From: Candidatus Cybelea sp.
Lineage (GTDB): Bacteria > Vulcanimicrobiota > Vulcanimicrobiia > Vulcanimicrobiales > Vulcanimicrobiaceae
Direction of reading: 5' to 3'
DNA: 35,842 bases
Assembly: GCA_036521295.1 (NCBI GenBank)
Contig: DATDIA010000203.1
Span: 1 to 35,842 of the forward strand
A program made the position numbers and the translations under genes. Of this stretch, positions 25,676 through 33,431 are shown one piece after another (position 1 is the first letter of the stretch; each line of letters starts with the position of its first letter). The notes beneath the pieces were generated by a model. That model worked only from the letters and a program-made list of their open reading frames with translations. It had not been told where the DNA came from and did no database searches.

Positions 25676-26791
25676 CTAATTCAGAGGCGGTTTTCCGCCC
25701 TTATTGCCGCCGTTGTCCGGCGCTTTCGGCGCGGCGCCTTGAGGCCGCGATTTCGATTGTGAGCTGGCGCTCCCACCTTGCGAATGTCCGCCGGATTGCC
25801 CATGCATCGCTTGCGAGTGCATCTGGTTTGGCGGAGGCGATTTGTGCTGCGGATTGGTTGCCGGCGCGTTGTGATGAGGTTGGGTAACCGGCGCCGGGTT
25901 ATGCTTCGGCTGCGACGCAGGCTTCGGTTGTGTGACCGGCTTCGCCTGAGTCGCAGGCTTCGGCTGTGCCTTGGGTTGCGTGACCGGAGCGTTATTCGCG
26001 CCGTTTGAAGTCTTGACGTTCTTCTGCGCGGCTTGCTTATCGGCCGCGGTTACCGGCGCGTAATGTGGAAGCTGCTTCGGATCGTTGTAGGCCTTCTGCG
26101 AAGCCGTAACCGGCGGTCTGCCATGGTTGACGTTCGCATAGAGGTTGCGATCCTGGGCTGCGACACGGGCTTGATTGCGTTGTGCCGTCGTCGGCGGAAT
26201 GGAGTGCTGCCGCGCTGCGATTTGTCCCGAGGTCGGCCTTGCGGATACGCCGCCGCGACCGCCGTTGTAGCTCACGTGACAGTTGTTGCCGCAGTGAACG
26301 CTCTTATTGATGACGCTCTTGTTGACGTAGACGTTGCGCACGACGTTGCGGTTGACGTTCATTACCGCTCCGTTGTACCTGAAGGCGTTGCCGGCCCAGT
26401 AGCCACCGACGAATCCGGCACCGAAGTAGCCGAAGCCGTAGTTGATGCCACCGTAGAACCCGACGCTCGGGCCCCAGTAGCCGGTGTTCCACGCGTAGGC
26501 ACCGTTATAGCCGGCGCCCCAGTAACCCGGGGTCCAATAGACGCCGACTGAGGGTGGCGCCACCCACGTCCCCGGAACCCAGTAGTAGCCGCCGGGTCCC
26601 CAGCCCCAGTATCCAGGGGTCCACTGGTAGTTGGGATAGGGGGCTACCGGCTGTGAATAGACCGGAAGCGGCGGCGGGGGCGCGCCGACGCTAAACCCGA
26701 CTCCGACGCTTAACTGCGCGGGCGCCGTTAGCGGGAGAGCTGCCATAAAAACCGTTAGGATAATTGCGGAGAGCGATCTTGTGATTCGCAC
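25676..26791 (-). CDS. Secreted YXWGXW/WxxGxW-repeat protein with a low-complexity Pro/Gln/Lys-rich tail
   Basis: 371 aa. GTG start with GGAGGA upstream. Signal peptide: MRITRSLSAIILTVFMAALPLTAPA. Aromatic-Gly repeats: YQWTPGYWGWGPGGYYWVPGTWV, VYWTPGYWGAG, NTGYWGP. The C-terminus has PVTQPK-like repeats and a His/Gln/Ser-rich end. Confidence 0.75.
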   Translation of the reverse strand: MRITRSLSAIILTVFMAALPLTAPAQLSVGVGFSVGAPPPPLPVYSQPVAPYPNYQWTPGYWGWGPGGYYWVPGTWVAPPSVGVYWTPGYWGAGYNGAYAWNTGYWGPSVGFYGGINYGFGYFGAGFVGGYWAGNAFRYNGAVMNVNRNVVRNVYVNKSVINKSVHCGNNCHVSYNGGRGGVSARPTSGQIAARQHSIPPTTAQRNQARVAAQDRNLYANVNHGRPPVTASQKAYNDPKQLPHYAPVTAADKQAAQKNVKTSNGANNAPVTQPKAQPKPATQAKPVTQPKPASQPKHNPAPVTQPHHNAPATNPQHKSPPPNQMHSQAMHGQSGGHSQGGSASSQSKSRPQGAAPKAPDNGGNKGGKPPLN

Positions 26792-26984
26792 GACTCCTCC
26801 TTCTTAGAAAGTAGTATAGGCCAAGTATAACCTACTCGGCCCTCAAGCGGGGCGTGCTGCAGCGGTTTCACGCGATTCTTACCCATTCATGAGTCCCTCC
26901 CAACTCGATCCTCATCGCGCTCACATCACACATCGTCCATTTTGGGTACGTCTCGCGTCCACCACGCCTTGATAGGATCGCCCC

Positions 26985-27203
26985 ATGTTCGATGTCGGCG
27001 AGTCTCTGCGTGATGCCTTTACCACGGCTCGCGCGCGTTTACACGACGGGCAAAGGTCGGTAGCCCTAGCCAACTCGGGCATCGGGATCGGCCGCTCCGC
27101 CGATGCGGCGATGGCCCAGACGGCGCAAGCGGCAATCTTTACCGAAGCGCTTCTCGCCGCGGAACGAGCACGCTTTGAGGAGATAAAGGCGGTCACAAAA
27201 TGA
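26985..27203 (+). CDS. Small FlgB-position protein (possible minimal proximal rod protein)
   Basis: 72 aa. It is the first gene of the operon, and its stop overlaps the flgC start (ATGA at 27200-27203). AGGA lies upstream. The MFD start is FlgB-like, but I cannot see the rod N-terminal ANN/TPG motif. The call is mainly positional. Confidence 0.4.
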   Translation: MFDVGESLRDAFTTARARLHDGQRSVALANSGIGIGRSADAAMAQTAQAAIFTEALLAAERARFEEIKAVTK

Positions 27204-27526
27204 ACATCGATATCCTCGATGCGGCCGCCAGCGGGATGGACGCGCAGCGCGCGGCCCTCGACGTGGCGGCCCGTAACGTTGCCGCCGCAGAAGCCGCGGG
27301 CCCGAACGCTGACTACGCACGGATGATTCCCATCTTTCGAATCGACGCCAACGACGATTCGCGCGTCGAATTTACCGGTACGCGCACCGAGGCCGGGACG
27401 AACGTCGACATTCTCACCGAGATGATTGCCGTGATGAATGCCTCGCGTGCGTACGAGTCTGACGCCTCGATCTTCGAGGTCGGCAAGAGACTAGCCGAAA
27501 AAACGATCGACTTGGAGCGGTTGTGA
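27200..27526 (+). CDS. flgC: Flagellar basal-body rod protein FlgC (short form)
   Basis: 108 aa. The N-terminus ILDAAASGMDAQRAALDVAARNVAAAEA resembles IFDIAGSALSAQ..RLNV.A.NLANA. The C-terminus TNVDILTEMIAVMNASRAYESDASIFEVGKRLAEKTIDL matches the rod C-terminal heptad motif. Confidence 0.8.
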   Translation: MNIDILDAAASGMDAQRAALDVAARNVAAAEAAGPNADYARMIPIFRIDANDDSRVEFTGTRTEAGTNVDILTEMIAVMNASRAYESDASIFEVGKRLAEKTIDLERL

Positions 27527-27789
27527 GGGTCGAGCCGCTTATCCCCGACGCTCCGGCGCCCCCGCCGCAACCCAGCGGTGACGCAGCGGCATTTGCGCGC
27601 GCGCTCGATGCACTCGGCGGCGTGCTTGCCGGTGCAGCGCAGGCCGAAGATAATTTCGCATACGGTAGAGGCACGTTGCAAGATGCGATCTACGAACGCG
27701 CGCAGGCGGACGTGGCACTCTCCGTGGCAACGGCGACGGCGCAGCGCATCGCGCAGGCCGCGCAATCCGTGCTTAACATGCAAGTGTAG
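27523..27789 (+). CDS. fliE: Flagellar hook-basal body complex protein FliE
   Basis: 88 aa. FARALDALGG...AEDNFAYGRGTLQDAIYERAQADVALSVATATAQRIAQAAQSVLNMQV, including the characteristic C-terminal MQV. The GTGA start overlaps the flgC stop. Confidence 0.8.
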   Translation: MRVEPLIPDAPAPPPQPSGDAAAFARALDALGGVLAGAAQAEDNFAYGRGTLQDAIYERAQADVALSVATATAQRIAQAAQSVLNMQV

Positions 27790-27791
27790 CC

Positions 27792-29264
27792 ATGAATGGC
27801 GTTGCCCCGCTGCTGACTCGGTGGAATACCTTACCGAGAGCGCCTCGCCTCGTGGTGAGCGCGGCAGTGCTCGCCTTAGTGACCATCGCAGCGGCAGCGG
27901 CAATCGTCGCGCATCCAGTTCGTACGCCGCTCTTTGCCGCTTCACTCCATCCCGAGCAGCTTGCCGAGGTCGAAGAGCGGCTTGCCGCGTGGAACGTTCC
28001 CTTCACGCCTACTGCCGAGAACGTGATCGTAGATACGAGGCGCCGCAACGATCTCTTGCTGCGCCTCTCGCTCGCCGGCGTTCCACATCTGCATCTCGTA
28101 AATAGCGCAGAGGCGCTGGAAAGCATCGGCGTCCTGACCCCGCAAGCCGTCATCGAAGCGCAGACGCGAGCGGGTCTCGGCGGCGACATCGAAGCGGGGT
28201 TGCGCAGTATCGACGGCGTGGATGACGTACGAGTTATCGTTGCGCCGGCAAAGGCACCGGAATTCGCCGACGAAACCACGCACGACGCCTCTGCCTCAGT
28301 GCGGCTGGAGCTTCGCGGCGGCGCGCGGCTTTCGCGCGAAGCGATTGCCGGCATCCGCGCATTTGTCGCGGCAAGCGTCCCCGAACTCCTGCCGGCACGG
28401 GTGACGATTCTCGACGATCGCGGTGTCGCGTTGGGCGACGACACTGCCGGTGCCGACGAGGCCGCCGACCTCCAGCGCTCGCTGCAGTCCGCACTCGATT
28501 CCGCTTTCGGTGACGAAGCGACGATCGTCCGGGTTCGCGCGGAATACGAAGTTGGGCAAACCTCCGAGCACGACGTGCGCCGCGCCCCGATCGCTGTCGC
28601 GGCGATCAGGCGCTTGCGGCGCAGCGAGAGCTACGACGGAGGCGGCAAACGCTATCGCAGAGTCGAAGAAGGCGATGATCGCGGCAGCCAAACGCACGAG
28701 TCGCTCGCGCAAACCCCGGCGGGCGCGCTCAAGCGCCTTTCGACGGCGATCTTCGTCGATCAAAGCCGCGCGCTCGATGTAGCGAAGGTTCGCGAACTCG
28801 CGGGCGCTACGCTCGGCTACGATTCGCGCCGTGGTGACACGCTCGCCGTCGAGGCCGTGGACTTTCACCGAGAGCTCCCGGTACGTAAGGACCCCTGGTG
28901 GCTGCTCTACGGCGCAATCGTGCCGCTCGCACCGGCGCTCATTTTGGCGATCGGGCTCGTCGCTTGCGTGCGGATTGCCGTACCCTCGGTCGCCGCGCTG
29001 GTGCAATCGTTCATCGAGCGCGTCGTCGTCGAGCGCGCCTCGAAAGCCGCCGCGGGTTTTCCGCCGGCGCGTGTGCGCAGTATGCTCGAGCAAGAACCGC
29101 CACATGCCGCGGCGGCAATCATCAGCGCGCTGCCGGCTGCGACCGCCGCGGCAGTCCTGGACCTCTATCCGCCACACGAACGCGAGGCGATCGTTCGCCG
29201 AATGCAGCGGTCTGTGGCACCCCTGCTCTCTGACGCGCACGAGTTGTTGCGTCGTCATGTCTGA
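27792..29264 (+). CDS. fliF: Flagellar MS-ring protein FliF with a FliG-N-like C-terminal cytoplasmic extension
   Basis: 490 aa. N-terminal TM: LVVSAAVLALVTIAAAAAIV. YscJ/FliF region: LAEVEERLAAWNVPFT...IVDTRRRNDLLLRLSLAGVP...DIEAGLRSIDGVDDVRVIVA. Second TM: WWLLYGAIVPLAPALILAIGLVACV. The roughly 105-aa cytoplasmic tail contains HAAAAIISALPAATAAAVLDLYPPHEREAIVRRM. Confidence 0.85.
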   Translation: MNGVAPLLTRWNTLPRAPRLVVSAAVLALVTIAAAAAIVAHPVRTPLFAASLHPEQLAEVEERLAAWNVPFTPTAENVIVDTRRRNDLLLRLSLAGVPHLHLVNSAEALESIGVLTPQAVIEAQTRAGLGGDIEAGLRSIDGVDDVRVIVAPAKAPEFADETTHDASASVRLELRGGARLSREAIAGIRAFVAASVPELLPARVTILDDRGVALGDDTAGADEAADLQRSLQSALDSAFGDEATIVRVRAEYEVGQTSEHDVRRAPIAVAAIRRLRRSESYDGGGKRYRRVEEGDDRGSQTHESLAQTPAGALKRLSTAIFVDQSRALDVAKVRELAGATLGYDSRRGDTLAVEAVDFHRELPVRKDPWWLLYGAIVPLAPALILAIGLVACVRIAVPSVAALVQSFIERVVVERASKAAAGFPPARVRSMLEQEPPHAAAAIISALPAATAAAVLDLYPPHEREAIVRRMQRSVAPLLSDAHELLRRHV

Positions 29265-29727
29265 CAACTTCGTTCCGCTCGCCTCATTCTTGCGTCCCGT
29301 CGCGCAGAAACCGGTGGTGGAACCGCCTCCGCCGGCAGAGGGGCCGACTGCGGACCCGTGCGATGACTATAACGAAACGCTTCGCGCTGCGCGGCGTTTT
29401 CGTGCAGGGCTCAGCGATGCACTCGAAACCGCCGTCGAGCAGATGTTGCCAAAGATCGCGAAGGAGGTGCTCGCACGCGAGCTGCAGCTCGCCGATGCCG
29501 ACGTTGCCGCGATTCTCTCGGCCGCGCTCGATCGGTTCGCCGGCGATACGGTGCTTTGCGTTCGCGCGCACCCTCGCGACTGGGCTGCACTGGCCGGTTT
29601 TGAGCTCGAACGGGTTGCCGATGCTTCGCTACAGCCGGGGGATGTTCGTCTGGACCTTCGTAGTGGCACGATCGATTTGACGCTCGCCGCGCGCCTCGAT
29701 GCAGCTCTGGCGGCGTGTTCGGCGTGA
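29257..29727 (+). CDS. fliH: FliH/SctL-like export ATPase regulator (short)
   Basis: 156 aa from the ATG at 29257, overlapping the fliF stop by 8 nt. FliH-like C-terminal half: MLPKIAKEVLARELQLADADVAAILSAALDRF...VLCVRAHPRDWAAL...VADASLQPGDVRLDLRSGTIDLTLAARLDAAL. It sits immediately upstream of fliI. Confidence 0.65.
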   Translation: MSDNFVPLASFLRPVAQKPVVEPPPPAEGPTADPCDDYNETLRAARRFRAGLSDALETAVEQMLPKIAKEVLARELQLADADVAAILSAALDRFAGDTVLCVRAHPRDWAALAGFELERVADASLQPGDVRLDLRSGTIDLTLAARLDAALAACSA

Positions 29728-30770
29728 ACGCTTCGCAGAGGCTCGCACTCGGCGCTTGCGCGCTCGGACGCGCAATCGACGCGCACGGTTCGCCACTCGA
29801 CTGTGGGCCGCTTTTGCAAGGGCGTAACGTCACATTGGACCTGCGTGCTCCCCGACCCAGCGATCGGGTGCCGATTGCGACCCCGCTGCCGACCGGAATA
29901 CGCGTCGTCGATGGGTTGCTCACCATCGGTCGCGGCGCCCGCATCGGAATTTTCGGCGCACCCGGGGCAGGCAAGACCACCCTGATCGAAGCGGTCGTCG
30001 CGGGCTGCGCTGCCGACGCAATCGTCATCGCACTCGTCGGTGAACGTGGGCGAGAAGCGCAATGCTGGATTGCGCGGCGCGACGATCGGACGACGGTCAT
30101 TTGCGCCACCAGCGATCGGCCGCCGCAGGAGCGGCTTCTCGCGGCACGAGTTGCCGTGGTGCATGCCGGTGCGCTTCGCGAACGCGGATTGCACGTGCTG
30201 CTCGTCATCGATAGCTTGGCACGCTTTGCGTACGCATCGCGCGAGATCGCCGTGGCCGCCGGCGAGAGCGTCGGGCGAGGCGGGTATCCACCGAGCGTCT
30301 TCGCTCATCTGGCTCGACTCGTCGAAGTTTCCGGGGCGCTCCAGAATGGCTCGATCACATTGATCGCGAGCGTCATAAACGATGGGGACGACCGCGATCC
30401 GGTCAGCGAGGGTGCGCGCTCGATTCTGGACGGGCACATCGCGCTTTCGACGCGCCTCGCCGAAGCAGGGCGATTTCCGGCCGTGGACGTACCGGCGAGT
30501 ACGAGCCGAACGATGGAAGCGGTCGTTAATCACTCTCATCTGAGCGCCGCGCGCAAGGTAGCGCGAGCTCTGGCCCTGCTCGACCGTATCGAAGACGCCC
30601 GCGCGCTCGGCATAGATCCGGCCGATCGCGCGGCGCGTATCGCCATTGCCGCCGAGACCCGTCTCGAAGCCTTCCTACGTCAAGGACGCAGCGCCTCCGA
30701 CTACGAGGCCACCTTGTCACAGTTGGCGCAACTCGCAATTCTCTTGGAAGGCGACGGTGGAGATCGTTAG
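29715..30770 (+). CDS. fliI: Flagellar/T3SS export ATPase FliI lacking the N-terminal domain
   Basis: 351 aa. Walker A: GAPGAGKTT. LVGERGREA is present. Walker B: HVLLVIDSLARFA. PPSVF and GSITLIASV...DDRDPVSEGARSILDGHIALS are also present. Alignment from memory to Salmonella FliI starts near residue 100. The upstream sequence is occupied by the fliH-like gene. Confidence 0.88.
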   Translation: MFGVNASQRLALGACALGRAIDAHGSPLDCGPLLQGRNVTLDLRAPRPSDRVPIATPLPTGIRVVDGLLTIGRGARIGIFGAPGAGKTTLIEAVVAGCAADAIVIALVGERGREAQCWIARRDDRTTVICATSDRPPQERLLAARVAVVHAGALRERGLHVLLVIDSLARFAYASREIAVAAGESVGRGGYPPSVFAHLARLVEVSGALQNGSITLIASVINDGDDRDPVSEGARSILDGHIALSTRLAEAGRFPAVDVPASTSRTMEAVVNHSHLSAARKVARALALLDRIEDARALGIDPADRAARIAIAAETRLEAFLRQGRSASDYEATLSQLAQLAILLEGDGGDR

Positions 30771-31326
30771 CAATCTCGGCGCGCTTATGCGGCGGATCGA
30801 ACAAATCGCGCAAGGTCCGCGACTTGACGGCCCAGAGTTCGACGACGCCGTCACGGTTGCGAGCCTCACTGCGCACTCGGCAATCGATTTGGGTTCAGCC
30901 GATTCGCGCTTGGCTATCGATCGCTACGTAAGCACAAGCGCGCAGACCCTCGGCATCGATCCTGCCCTGATCGAGGCGATCATTGCAAACGAATCGGGAT
31001 TCGATCCAAAGGCGACCTCTCGCGCCGGCGCTCGCGGTCTCATGCAACTCATGCCGCAGACGGCCGCAGAGTTCGGTGTTACCGATCCGTACGACGCCGC
31101 GCAGAACATACGAGGCGGTACCCGATACTTTCGCACGCTGCTCGATCGGTTCGGTGATGTCGAGCTGGCCGTGGCTGCATACAACGCGGGGCCGGGTGCA
31201 GTCGAACGTTTCGGCGGCGTGCCGCCCTACGCGGAGACACGCAGCTACGTACGTAAAGTCTTGGCGCATTACCGGGAACTGCGTTCGCGCGAGCGCGTAG
31301 TTCTCAACTCGGCAAACTTGCGATGA
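30757..31326 (+). CDS. SLT-domain lytic transglycosylase embedded in the flagellar operon
   Basis: 189 aa from the GTG at 30757 (GGAAGG upstream), overlapping the fliI stop. The alternative start is ATG 30787. SLT motifs: IIANESGFDPKATSRAGARGLMQLMPQTA, AAYNAGPGAV. Confidence 0.85.
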   Translation: MEIVSNLGALMRRIEQIAQGPRLDGPEFDDAVTVASLTAHSAIDLGSADSRLAIDRYVSTSAQTLGIDPALIEAIIANESGFDPKATSRAGARGLMQLMPQTAAEFGVTDPYDAAQNIRGGTRYFRTLLDRFGDVELAVAAYNAGPGAVERFGGVPPYAETRSYVRKVLAHYRELRSRERVVLNSANLR

Positions 31327-31360
31327 GTGACCGATCACACGCTTCTGCGACGATCGTGCG

Positions 31361-31918
31361 ATGATGACGCAGCAGCTCGAAGTTAGTATTCTCGCGGCGC
31401 CGTTGGCAGCGATCGACCGCCGAACACTGTCAGAGGCATGGTATTCGGCGTTGCGCCTGGTGTGCCAACCTCGCCAAACTTTAGCGATTGCACCTCTTGC
31501 GCGATCGCCAGTCGCGCAGCGCCTTCGCGCGTACACACAAAACGTCCAGGAGCGATCCTGGCGCGACCGCGTCGAGATGGGCCGTTTTCACACCTTGCCT
31601 CCCAAACCGAGCACGATGTGCGGCGACGAAGTAAGGGCAAACATCTCAGGCCGGCGCTGCGCGCTCGCGCGCCGGATCGAGCGAGCGTTCGCCCAACCAA
31701 ACTCGCATGCGAAGCGTGCGACATTTTCGATGGGACGCGGAAACGCACGCGTGCATATCATCCTTCAAACGAAAGGAGAATGCACGGCACTGCTCGCGAT
31801 ATGCCGCCCGGAGTTGCGTCTCGTCGTCGCGCGCGCTCTGGCACAAGCTCGTCTCGCGCTAGCGGCGCGCGGCATCGGCATCGAACTGCGCGGGCCGGCA
31901 GTAGCTGAATGTTCCTGA
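31361..31918 (+). CDS. Hypothetical protein with a FliK/SctP-like (hook-length / substrate-switch) C-terminal pattern
   Basis: 185 aa. The C-terminal 60 aa (ARVHIILQTKGECTALLAICRPELRLVVARALAQARLALAARGIGIEL) fit the Flg_hook pattern: beta strand, G, beta strand, then a helix ending L..L...G. It occupies the fliK position of the fla/che order. This call is inference only. Confidence 0.4.
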   Translation: MMTQQLEVSILAAPLAAIDRRTLSEAWYSALRLVCQPRQTLAIAPLARSPVAQRLRAYTQNVQERSWRDRVEMGRFHTLPPKPSTMCGDEVRANISGRRCALARRIERAFAQPNSHAKRATFSMGRGNARVHIILQTKGECTALLAICRPELRLVVARALAQARLALAARGIGIELRGPAVAECS

Positions 31919-32631
31919 GTACAAGCCTGAGCGCCGCACTCGATCGCATCGCCGAGCGAGCCGCCGACGTAAGGCGGGCGTACACACCGGCTGCGGTTCC
32001 GCAGGAAGACGACGTCGCAGCCCCCACAACGATCTCAGACTTTACCCTCGATCCGCTTGCCGTGAGCGCGCCGGACGGCGTCTACTTCGCCACGAACGAC
32101 GATCGGGGAAGAACGACGTACACGCGCGACGGCTCCTTTGCGCTTCGTGGCGGCAAGCTCGTCGATGCTGATGGCCGCCCCGTCTTGGGCGAGCGCAACC
32201 AGTCCGGGATACTCGGCGAGCTTGCCGTCGATCCGGTGGACGAAGTACTGGGACGAATCCACGACGCCGGCATCGAACGCGACGGCAGCTTCGCGTACCG
32301 TCGCGACGTTTTGGATCCACGCAGCGGAAGGCGAGAATCGCAACGAGTCGTTGTTGGACGGATTGCTCTTGCGCGTTTTCCCGCTGGGACGAGACTCGAG
32401 ACGAGTGATGGGAGTCATTGCATCGCCCCTGCGGGTGTCGTCGCGGAGAATGGTTTTGCGACGGAGCGAGGCTTTGCACCGCTGGTGCCGATGCATCGCG
32501 AGCGCAGCCGAGTCGACGTCGATGAAAGTCTCATCCGGCTCAAAGAGGCGTATCTTGCCTTTGACGCGCTGCAGGCAGCCGAGGCCGCCCGAGCGCACCT
32601 CGGCAAGACCGCGATGGATCTCTTGAAATGA
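31909..32631 (+). CDS. Flagellar rod/hook-family protein (FlgE/FlgF/FlgG-like), divergent
   Basis: 240 aa. YTRDGSFALRGGKLVDADGRPVLG matches the conserved rod/hook core (YTR.G.F......L....G..vlG). GRIALARFP is present. The C-terminus SRVDVDESLIRLKEAYLAFDALQAAEAARAHLGKTAMDL matches the SNVD...E...y.a motif. The N-terminal ANxxTxGFK motif is degenerate. Confidence 0.7.
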   Translation: MFLSTSLSAALDRIAERAADVRRAYTPAAVPQEDDVAAPTTISDFTLDPLAVSAPDGVYFATNDDRGRTTYTRDGSFALRGGKLVDADGRPVLGERNQSGILGELAVDPVDEVLGRIHDAGIERDGSFAYRRDVLDPRSGRRESQRVVVGRIALARFPAGTRLETSDGSHCIAPAGVVAENGFATERGFAPLVPMHRERSRVDVDESLIRLKEAYLAFDALQAAEAARAHLGKTAMDLLK

Positions 32632-33422
32632 AAGCACTTGGTTTCGTCTTGCCGTTCAAGGACGGCTCTGAGGCCACGGGAACAAAGCGCGTTCGGCGTG
32701 CCCTCTTTGAGGCGCGCTCCTCGCTGCCCATTAGCGCCGCTTGCGTCGTTGCAAACGGTATACGCGAGACGTTGAGTTCGTTGCTGCGCGGATCCGTTGC
32801 GGTGCGCCTCTTCGAGCCGAGGATCCCAGGGCCGCACGCGTGGTCGGCAATTCTGCGCGATGCGCGACTCTATCGGGTGCGAGGAAACGTTGCGGATGCG
32901 GCCCTTGTCCTGCGAGCGTCCGACGCGGTTGCCCTCGCCGCCGCGCTTTTCGGAGAATCGTCCGGCGCCGTCGAGCGTGCGCTTTCTCCGATTGAATGCG
33001 ACGTCTTGGATCGCATGATCAACGCAATCGCTGCGAACCTCGGTGCGGTCTGCGGAGCGCGCGAAGGCTATCCCGTCGAGCGCGTTGTGGCGGTCGACGG
33101 TCTCGTGACCTACTTCGAGCTCCTGATTGAGGAGCCGGTTTCGTTTCGAATCGGCATCGCGCTCTCGCGCGAACCTGCGTCCGAAACCCGCGGCTCTCTC
33201 GAAGCCAGGCACCTTGCGCAAGTCAGACTCACCGCTCTCGCCACCCTCAACCTAGGCAAGATAGACGCAGCGGCCGTTTCGCGACTCGTCGTTGGTGCGA
33301 CCATTCCGGTAGAGCCCGCAGAATTGCATCGATGTAGCCTTATGGCGCACGGACGCAGACTCGCTCGCGGCAGCTGCGGGGTCCGCGATGGACGCTATGC
33401 ATTCTATGCCGACGCGACGTGA
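32628..33422 (+). CDS. fliM: FliM/SctQ-like switch/sorting-platform protein (short)
   Basis: 264 aa. The middle region has LSPIECDVLDRMINAIAANL. A C-terminal SpoA-like segment is present: LTALATLNLGKIDAAAVSRLVVGATIPVEPAELHRCSLMAHGRRLARGSCGVRDGRYAF. The ATGA start overlaps the preceding gene. It lies immediately upstream of fliN. Confidence 0.6.
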   Translation: MKALGFVLPFKDGSEATGTKRVRRALFEARSSLPISAACVVANGIRETLSSLLRGSVAVRLFEPRIPGPHAWSAILRDARLYRVRGNVADAALVLRASDAVALAAALFGESSGAVERALSPIECDVLDRMINAIAANLGAVCGAREGYPVERVVAVDGLVTYFELLIEEPVSFRIGIALSREPASETRGSLEARHLAQVRLTALATLNLGKIDAAAVSRLVVGATIPVEPAELHRCSLMAHGRRLARGSCGVRDGRYAFYADAT

Positions 33423-33431
33423 ACGCCTACG

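Noticed and set aside
26792-26984. A sigma-28 or sigma-54 flagellar promoter upstream of the first operon gene.
   Set aside because: No TAAA-N15-GCCGATAA or TGGCAC-N5-TTGC match was found by eye. The only partial resemblance is CCTTGATAGG near the RBS. The promoter remains unidentified.
28831-29256. A 142-codon upstream extension of the FliH-like ORF (the track ORF starts at 28831).
   Set aside because: It lies entirely within FliF in another frame and has a Ser/Arg/Cys-rich composition. The ATG at 29257 gives the usual stop/start overlap with fliF.
29257-29727. Whether the 156-aa protein after fliF could be a very short FliG rather than FliH.
   Set aside because: Its C-terminal half follows the FliH/SctL pattern: V.V.HP.D...L, then V.D..L..G, then G.ID, then RL. 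It directly precedes fliI. It has no EHPQ-like or charged torque-helix features of FliG.
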